From Fibrobacteria bacterium (lineage in GTDB: Bacteria > Fibrobacterota > Chitinivibrionia > Chitinivibrionales > FEN-1185): a stretch of DNA of 64,000 nt. Positions 57,826-64,000 of this stretch are shown here, piece after piece; the first letter of the stretch is position 1; each line of letters opens with the position of its first letter. Position numbers and translations under genes: made by a program. The notes beneath the pieces were generated by a model. That model saw nothing but the letters and a program-made list of their open reading frames with translations, had not been told where the DNA came from and did no database searches. The stretch covers positions 192,001 to 256,000 of the forward strand of contig JBBIGR010000001.1 in the NCBI GenBank assembly GCA_037447435.1, in the 5' to 3' direction.

Positions 57826-58863
57826 ATGATTAGAGCTTTTTTCGTTTCCTTTGTTTTTCTCTCTGCTTTAAGTTGCAGCTCTGCAAAAGAGGCTTCGAAG
57901 ATTTCAACATTCCGCGGTCGACTTTTGCTTTATAACGGTACTCTTTCCGAGGTGGTCAGTATGGATAAAGTCATTAAAACCGATGATCAGTGGAAAAAGG
58001 AATTAACTCCCGACGTGTATCAAATCACCAGGAAAGCGGGAACAGAATGCGCTTTTACCGGCAAATTGTATGAAAACCCTAAAAAGGGAATTTATACTTG
58101 TGTTTGTTGCGGATTACCCCTGTTTACCTCTGATACCAAGTTCAACTCGGGAACAGGATGGCCGAGCTTTTTTCAGCCCGTAGATCCCAATAATGTCGTC
58201 GAGATTTCGGATAAAAGCCTCGGTATGATCAGGACCGAAGTACAATGTGCCAGATGTGGAGCGCATTTGGGTCATGTTTTCGAAGACGGCCCCAAACCGA
58301 CCGGACTCCGGTATTGTATGAATTCTGCGGCCATGTCGTTTATTGAAAAAACATTTCCTCAAACCGGCATTTCTCCCAAACTTGAACCTGCCGCTTTTGC
58401 CGCAGGGTGCTTTTGGGGCGTCGAAGAAGCGTTTCGACGATTAAATGGAGTGGTTGCAACTTCGGTCGGGTACATGGGCGGCACTGTCGTTCATCCCACG
58501 TATGAGCAAGTATGCCAACACCATACGGGCCATGCCGAAAGCCTTTATTTAGTTTACGATCCTTCGCAGGTTTCGTATGAAAAACTTCTGGATCGCTTCT
58601 GGGAAATACACGACCCGACGTCTCTTAATAAGCAAGGTAACGACAGGGGAACGCAATATCGTTCCGAAATATTTTTCTATTCAAAAGAGCAAAAATCCAT
58701 TGCAGAAAAGGCGATTGCCGCTTTGCAAAAATCGTTTTCCAAACCGATTGTTACACCGGTTACTCCTGCGCCGGTTTTCTGGCCTGCCGAGGAATACCAT
58801 CAACGTTATTTGGTTGCCAATCCTCACGGCTATTGCCATATAAATTTAGATGCATTAAAATGA
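57826..58863 (+). CDS. msrAB: Exported MsrB-MsrA fusion methionine sulfoxide reductase (lipoprotein)
   Basis: Lipobox ALSC; Msr[28 protein letters not shown]; MsrA GCFWG, GHAE, QYRS, AEEYHQ; AAGGAGG RBS. Confidence 0.93.
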   Translation: MIRAFFVSFVFLSALSCSSAKEASKISTFRGRLLLYNGTLSEVVSMDKVIKTDDQWKKELTPDVYQITRKAGTECAFTGKLYENPKKGIYTCVCCGLPLFTSDTKFNSGTGWPSFFQPVDPNNVVEISDKSLGMIRTEVQCARCGAHLGHVFEDGPKPTGLRYCMNSAAMSFIEKTFPQTGISPKLEPAAFAAGCFWGVEEAFRRLNGVVATSVGYMGGTVVHPTYEQVCQHHTGHAESLYLVYDPSQVSYEKLLDRFWEIHDPTSLNKQGNDRGTQYRSEIFFYSKEQKSIAEKAIAALQKSFSKPIVTPVTPAPVFWPAEEYHQRYLVANPHGYCHINLDALK

Positions 58864-59006
58864 AAAGTTTTAAAAGCATTTTTACGCTTTTTTAAAAACT
58901 TTTCGTGTCCGCCCGACACCCTATCAACGGTCTTTAGCTAAATGGAAAGCTATTATGTATTTTAGCGTTATTCAATTCTTTTATAATACAAAGGATTTTT
59001 AATTTT

Positions 59007-60356
59007 ATGTCGCAGCCGATTTTTCCGATAACTCTGATTTTAGTCTTGCTTAATACCCTTGCTCTTGTTGTTATTACAGTCCGGGTTTTTTCAAAAGCAA
59101 ATCAGAACCAGGATAAAGACCTTACCATTCAAAACGAATTGCGTCTTGGCAGACAGGAATCGTCCGATGCTGCCCGGAATTTGCGCGAAGAGGTCGTCAA
59201 TCAGATCAAATCGAGTCACGACACCATTGGTAAAAGCCTCGGTGACATTACCAACCTGCAAAAGGCTCAACTCGAAAGCGTTGCCAAGCGGCTGGAAAGC
59301 CTGACCGAAACAAATCAGAATTCCCTGCAAAGACTGCGAGATGTCCTCGACGAACGGGTCAGGGAAATGATGGATAAAAACGAAAAAAAGCTTGAGGAAA
59401 TGCGGAAAACCGTCGATGAAAAACTGCAGACAACGCTTGAAAAACGCCTCGGAGATTCGTTCAAGCTTGTCAGCGAACGGCTCGAAGCGGTTCAACGCGG
59501 ACTCGGTGAGATGCAAAACCTCGCCACCGGTGTGGGAGACCTCAAACGCGTTTTGACAAACGTAAAAACCAGGGGAACCTGGGGCGAGTTTCAACTCGGT
59601 TCGATTCTCGAACAGGTTTTGTCGCCGTCGCAATATCAACAGAATGTTTCAACCAAAGAAGATTCGCGCGACGTCGTCGAATATGCCGTCAGACTACCGG
59701 GCAAAGACGACGGCCCTAACTCGCAGGTCTGGCTCCCGATCGACTCGAAATTTCCTCAGGAAGATTATCAGCGCCTTCTTGACGCAGTGGAAACAGCCGA
59801 TGCGGAAGCCGTGGAAAAAGCGACCGCAGTACTTATTCGGACCATTCGGATCGAGGCCCAGCGAATTCACGACAAATACCTGAATCCGCCACAAACGACC
59901 GATTTTGCCATCATGTTCCTTCCCACCGAAGGTTTGTATGCTGAGGTGCTCCGCAAGCCCGAGGCGGTCGAGGAAATGCAAAGGAAATTCCGCATCGTCG
60001 TAGCCGGCCCAACGACACTTTCGGCGTTATTGTCGAGCTTACGAATGGGATTTCATACCCTGGCTATAGAAAAACGCGCCAGCGAGGTATGGAAAATATT
60101 GGCGGCGGTCAAATCGGAATTCGGAAAATTCGGCGACGTGCTCGACAAAGTCAAGCGTCAGCTCTCCGCGGCCAGCAATACCATCGAAGAAACCGGCAAG
60201 CGAACCCGCGTCATGGAACGTCATCTCAAGAACGTCGAAAACATGCCCGGCAGCGATGCTGCAAAGCTTTTAGGGACCGAAGACTTGGCCCTTGATGAAT
60301 CGGAAGAAGCAACACCGCTCGACGATGCGGACATACGGGAAAAATTCTCCATTTAG
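59007..60356 (+). CDS. rmuC: DNA recombination protein RmuC
   Basis: N-terminal TM, coiled coil, KTRGTWGE, LPIDSKFP, TTDFAIMFLPTEGLYAE, GPTTL. Confidence 0.95.
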   Translation: MSQPIFPITLILVLLNTLALVVITVRVFSKANQNQDKDLTIQNELRLGRQESSDAARNLREEVVNQIKSSHDTIGKSLGDITNLQKAQLESVAKRLESLTETNQNSLQRLRDVLDERVREMMDKNEKKLEEMRKTVDEKLQTTLEKRLGDSFKLVSERLEAVQRGLGEMQNLATGVGDLKRVLTNVKTRGTWGEFQLGSILEQVLSPSQYQQNVSTKEDSRDVVEYAVRLPGKDDGPNSQVWLPIDSKFPQEDYQRLLDAVETADAEAVEKATAVLIRTIRIEAQRIHDKYLNPPQTTDFAIMFLPTEGLYAEVLRKPEAVEEMQRKFRIVVAGPTTLSALLSSLRMGFHTLAIEKRASEVWKILAAVKSEFGKFGDVLDKVKRQLSAASNTIEETGKRTRVMERHLKNVENMPGSDAAKLLGTEDLALDESEEATPLDDADIREKFSI

Positions 60357-60600
60357 TATCCGCCTTCGCTCCCACGGTACTTTTTTTGAAAATACCCTCC
60401 GTATCTTTGGGGGAGGTTTGCAATTATTAATATTGGGAAAACCAAAAAACAATTCCCGGAATCAGTAAAGATACTCTCGCAATAATCCTGAATAGTAGAA
60501 GATCCTCGATTTTCCGGGCCTTCCGACTTCTTCCTTTCGGAGATTTCCAATAGCCCCGGAAAAGCTCTCGCTGCCGCTCATTGCCGCCCTCTTTTCAAAT

Positions 60601-60616
60601 TGGTATGTGTTTTGCA
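60601..60616 (+). promoter_or_regulatory. sigma54 (-24/-12) promoter TGGTAT-GTGTT-TTGCA
   Basis: GG at 60602-60603 and GC at 60614-60615 (N10), about 28 nt upstream of the ku start. Confidence 0.65.
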
Positions 60617-60643
60617 TATTTATTTCTTAAGAAGGGAGCAACT

Positions 60644-61411
60644 ATGGCCGCGACAATCTGGATCGGAAATATACGATTCAAGGAAATTGACGTTCCGGTA
60701 AAACTCCATACTGCGATCAGTCAAAATCGCGTCCAGTTTCATCTTTTGCACAAAACCGACCGCGTCAAACTACGCCAGCAGATGATTTGTAAATATGATA
60801 AGGCGCCAGTACCGCCGGAAGAGCAAGTAAAGGGATTTCAAATTGATGAAAGGAAATACGTCATTTTGGACCCTGACGAAATCGAAGTATTGGAGCCGCA
60901 ACCGAGCAGGATAATCGACGTTCATGAATTCGTAACAAGCGGACAAATCGACCCTGTTTTCATTGAACATGTCTATTTCCTGGAACCCGATTCATCTCCA
61001 AGAACTTACAGCGCGCTTGCCGCGGCGCTCCGGGAATCGGATGTCCAAGGCATTTGTACGTGGGTAATGAGAAAACGCGCCCATTTCGGCTCAATTCATG
61101 CGGCAGGGAATGCAATCAGGCTTAATGTGTTACGATACACCGACGAAATAGTACAGGCAAAATCGCTGGGCCTTGAGTCTTTCGAATTGTCTGAAAAAGA
61201 GGTAAGCATCGGCAGCGAGTTGATTAATAAGCTTTCCGTCGAGTTTCAGCCTGAAAAATATGAAAACGAACATCAGAAGAAGCTGCGGGACATGATACAA
61301 AAGAAAGCAGCCGGTCAGAAAATCGCGCTGTTCTCTCCCAAACACCTTAAGCCGACATCGCCGGGCAAATTGCTCGAAGTACTCCAAAAGAGCTTAAAAA
61401 AGGCGGCGTAA
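60644..61411 (+). CDS. ku: Ku protein (divergent copy 1)
   Basis: IW.G.I.F..I.VPVKL, FHLLH, KGF, I.V.EFV...IDP...YFLEP; RBS before ATG 60644. Confidence 0.9.
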   Translation: MAATIWIGNIRFKEIDVPVKLHTAISQNRVQFHLLHKTDRVKLRQQMICKYDKAPVPPEEQVKGFQIDERKYVILDPDEIEVLEPQPSRIIDVHEFVTSGQIDPVFIEHVYFLEPDSSPRTYSALAAALRESDVQGICTWVMRKRAHFGSIHAAGNAIRLNVLRYTDEIVQAKSLGLESFELSEKEVSIGSELINKLSVEFQPEKYENEHQKKLRDMIQKKAAGQKIALFSPKHLKPTSPGKLLEVLQKSLKKAA

Positions 61412-62271
61412 TGAAGCGGTATGAAAAGGAAAAAGTCGTTGAAAAAAGCGAAACCGGTGCCCAGGAAATTCAGTCTCCGGGTATTTGGAGCGGCACCGTC
61501 AGTTTTAGTCTTGTGGCGATTCCGGTTAGAATTGTCAAGTCGGTCGAACCGGGTCGCATTTCGTTTCACCTGCTCCACGCCAAGGATTATTCCCCGCTTC
61601 AGCGAACAATGTTTTGCCCCGAGGAAGAGAAAATCGTACCTCCTGAGGAAATCGTCAGAGGTTTTGAAACAGAACCGGGAAAGCATGTCATAATAACCGA
61701 GGAAGAGCTTGAATCCGTCTCGCCGGAACGAAGCCGCACTATAGAAATCGCGGAATTCATCGACATAAAAGAGGTCGAACCACTTTATTACGACCATCCG
61801 TATTTTCTTGTTCCGCTTAAAGGCGGTGAAAAATCGTATCGGCTTCTTGCCGAATCGCTGCAACGGACAAATAAAGCGGGGCTGGCGAAATTTGTTCTTG
61901 ACGAGAGAGAGTGCCTTGTTTTAATAATGAGCAAAGACGGCGCGCTTGCCATAAGCACGCTTCATTACAGCGACGAATTATTGTCTGCCCAAGGAATGGT
62001 TTTGCCGGTCGACGACATATCGGACAATGAAAAGAACCGAATAAAAAGCAGTATCAAAAGCATGATGGCCGACTTTACGCCGGAAAAATATTCGAACGAA
62101 CGCAGGGAAAAACTTTTGAAAATAATACAAAAGAAAATAACAAAAAAAGCCGAAGTCGAGGCACCTGCTGCAGAGGAGGAAGAAAAAGCCGAAGGAATGG
62201 AAGACTTGATGATGGCCCTGGAGAAGAGCATGCGTAAAGTAAAAAAAGCGAACAAAGAACCGCGGTCATAG
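61411..62271 (+). CDS. ku: Ku protein (copy 2)
   Basis: IWSGTVSFSLVAIPV, FHLLH, YYDHPYFLVP, Y.LL..L, DLM.ALEKS; TAATG overlap with copy 1. Confidence 0.92.
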   Translation: MKRYEKEKVVEKSETGAQEIQSPGIWSGTVSFSLVAIPVRIVKSVEPGRISFHLLHAKDYSPLQRTMFCPEEEKIVPPEEIVRGFETEPGKHVIITEEELESVSPERSRTIEIAEFIDIKEVEPLYYDHPYFLVPLKGGEKSYRLLAESLQRTNKAGLAKFVLDERECLVLIMSKDGALAISTLHYSDELLSAQGMVLPVDDISDNEKNRIKSSIKSMMADFTPEKYSNERREKLLKIIQKKITKKAEVEAPAAEEEEKAEGMEDLMMALEKSMRKVKKANKEPRS

Positions 62272-62354
62272 ACCGTTGCTTTTCCGACCAGGCAAAGGCG
62301 GGGAACCAAAGAAGGGCACGATTTTGCAACCGGATTTGATAAAACGGTATTACC

Positions 62355-63260
62355 ATGAACAAAACAATAAACATTAACGATAGGGAATTGTCGCTCTCGA
62401 ATCTTGAAAAAGAGCTTTACCCTTCTTACGGCTTTACAAAAAGCCGTATACTCGAATACTATAGCCTTATTGCACCGTTCATGCTCCCGTTTCTAAAAAA
62501 CCGCGCATTAACCTTAAAACGTTATCCGCACGGCGTGGATGGTGATTTCTTTTTCGAGAAGCGTTGTCCCAAGCACCCCGATTGGCTTGAAACCGCCGAG
62601 GTCCCCTATGGCGATATGAAAACAATAAATTATTGCGTTGCCAACAATTTGGAAACCCTTATCTGGGTTGAAAATCTGGCATCAATAGAACTCCATGTGC
62701 CCCTTGCAAAAGCCGATTTTCCGGACAATCCCGATTCGATGGTCTTTGATCTTGACCCCGGCGACGGCGCAAATATTCTCGATTGCGCAAAAGTTGCATT
62801 TACAATTAATGATTTGCTGTCCGATCTTAAACTTGAAAGCTTTGCAAAAACTTCCGGCAAAAAGGGCCTTCACATATTTGTCCCGCTTGATCCCAAATCA
62901 ACGACATTCAACGATACTAAAATATTTTCCAAAGCCGTTGCCGCCATTATGCAGAAAACCTATCCGGATCTTGTCACGACAAAAATGAACAAAGAATTCC
63001 GCAAAAACAAAGTGTTTATCAACTGGTCGCAAAACGACTCGTCTAAAACAATGGTCTGCGTTTATTCTTTGCGTGCGATTGATAAACCCGCGGTTTCATT
63101 TCCCATTTCCTGGAAAGATCTTGCGAACCTGGCATTACGGAAAGACCCTGAAAAATTCCAGGTTCTTGCGCCGGACGCGCTTACCGATGTCAATAAAAAA
63201 GCCGCGTTTTACCGGGAAATTCTTGACATAAAGCAAAGGTTGCCGACTACATGGACTTAA
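62355..63260 (+). CDS. Stand-alone LigD polymerase (PrimPol) domain
   Basis: LSNLEK, R.LT.KRYP.G, FFEK, ELH, FDLDP, KTSGKKGLH, FINWSQN. Confidence 0.92.
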   Translation: MNKTININDRELSLSNLEKELYPSYGFTKSRILEYYSLIAPFMLPFLKNRALTLKRYPHGVDGDFFFEKRCPKHPDWLETAEVPYGDMKTINYCVANNLETLIWVENLASIELHVPLAKADFPDNPDSMVFDLDPGDGANILDCAKVAFTINDLLSDLKLESFAKTSGKKGLHIFVPLDPKSTTFNDTKIFSKAVAAIMQKTYPDLVTTKMNKEFRKNKVFINWSQNDSSKTMVCVYSLRAIDKPAVSFPISWKDLANLALRKDPEKFQVLAPDALTDVNKKAAFYREILDIKQRLPTTWT

Positions 63261-64000
63261 AAGAATACCGGCAAAAACGGGACTTGAAAAAAACTCCCGA
63301 ACCCCCACCCTCTTCCGGGCAAAACAACAAAGGAAAATATCTTGTTTTTGTCGTGCATAAACATGCAGCCCGACGGCTCCATTACGATTTGAGGCTCGAA
63401 ATGGACGGCGTGCTTAAAAGTTTTGCCATTCCCAAAGGCCCTTCGCTTGATCCTTCTGTAAAGAGGCTTGCAGTCCATGTTGAAGACCATCCGTTCGATT
63501 ACAAGGATTTTGAAGGCGTTATTCCCAAAGGCAATTACGGTGCAGGCAATGTGATCATTTGGGACAAGGGGTTTTACGGGTCTTCCTTTTCCAACGATAA
63601 AAAAAAGGGCGAAGAATTTCTACGCGAAGGCCTTCAAAAAGGCGATTTGAAATTCGTGCTTGCCGGCAGCAAGCTCAAGGGTGAGTTTGCTCTTGTGAAG
63701 ACGAGGTGGGACGAAAAGTCGTGGCTTTTACTGAAACATAAAGATAAATATACAAGCTCGGGCGACGTTCTTTTACAGGACCGTTCGGTAGTAACCGGAA
63801 AAACCGTCGAAGAACTTTCCAGCGAACCCGCCGCTTTTAAATCCCTGACTTCCGAGGAAAAAAAACTCGTTGCAAATGAACCGCTTGTAAGTCCTGGAGC
63901 CGACGCTCCGACGATTCCGATGCCGCACAAAATAATACCCATGCTTGCCGAAACGGCAAAAAAACCTTTCGACCATCCGGAATGGTTATTTGAAGTCAAG
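63251..64000 (+). CDS. ligD: LigD phosphoesterase + ATP-dependent ligase (runs off the window; absent from the ORF track)
   Basis: Hand-translated from ATG 63251: MDLKEYRQKRD..KTPEP, FVVHKHAARRLHYDLRLE, KRLAVHVEDHP, YGAG..IIWDKG, then PMLA...WLFEVK (start of ligase motif I). Confidence 0.92.
   Translation, partial: MDLKEYRQKRDLKKTPEPPPSSGQNNKGKYLVFVVHKHAARRLHYDLRLEMDGVLKSFAIPKGPSLDPSVKRLAVHVEDHPFDYKDFEGVIPKGNYGAGNVIIWDKGFYGSSFSNDKKKGEEFLREGLQKGDLKFVLAGSKLKGEFALVKTRWDEKSWLLLKHKDKYTSSGDVLLQDRSVVTGKTVEELSSEPAAFKSLTSEEKKLVANEPLVSPGADAPTIPMPHKIIPMLAETAKKPFDHPEWLFEVK

Noticed and set aside
63257..63999. Minus-strand ORF-track calls at the right edge
   Set aside because: They are antisense to the plus-strand ligD, which the track missed because it lacks a stop in the window.

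Overview
Gene-dense bacterial chromosome segment. I saw no rRNA, tRNA, CRISPR array or recognisable transposase. The many secreted proteins with T9SS-like C-terminal tails and D-S/T-rich lipoproteins suggest an FCB-group organism, possibly Fibrobacterota/Chitinivibrionia (inference only). Left to right it carries: a wza-wzc-wzy polysaccharide export operon (cut by the left edge); a CBS-domain hybrid kinase and a metallophosphoesterase; a pyruvoyl arginine decarboxylase plus agmatinase pair; several large secreted proteins; an AAA_14/DUF4143 ATPase; a structured intergenic region with sRNA candidates; a nonulosonic-acid operon; a ParA-like/radical SAM/PHP-GT4 group; an HK/RR/PP2C module; potABCD; hisH-hisF; tpx; OmpA/TSP3 outer-membrane genes; crp/fnr; msrBA; rmuC; and an NHEJ operon with two Ku genes and a split LigD (cut by the right edge). 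The best candidate for an undescribed system is the 24.1-31.1 kb operon. It joins a KDN-type pathway (NeuB, NeuA-HAD fusion, no NeuC) with a KdnB-like terminal-alcohol oxidase, a DegT aminotransferase and a sialyltransferase-like GT-B protein. This predicts a 9-amino nonulosonic acid made by the Kdo8N logic, possibly under Pho-box control. Other notable points: a sigma54-type promoter before translationally coupled tandem Ku genes, a 7-codon Walker B/D-loop deletion in potA, an SGNH esterase fused to an apparently dead EEP nuclease, and a Cys-containing C-terminal sorting signal. All calls come from motif reading without database searches.
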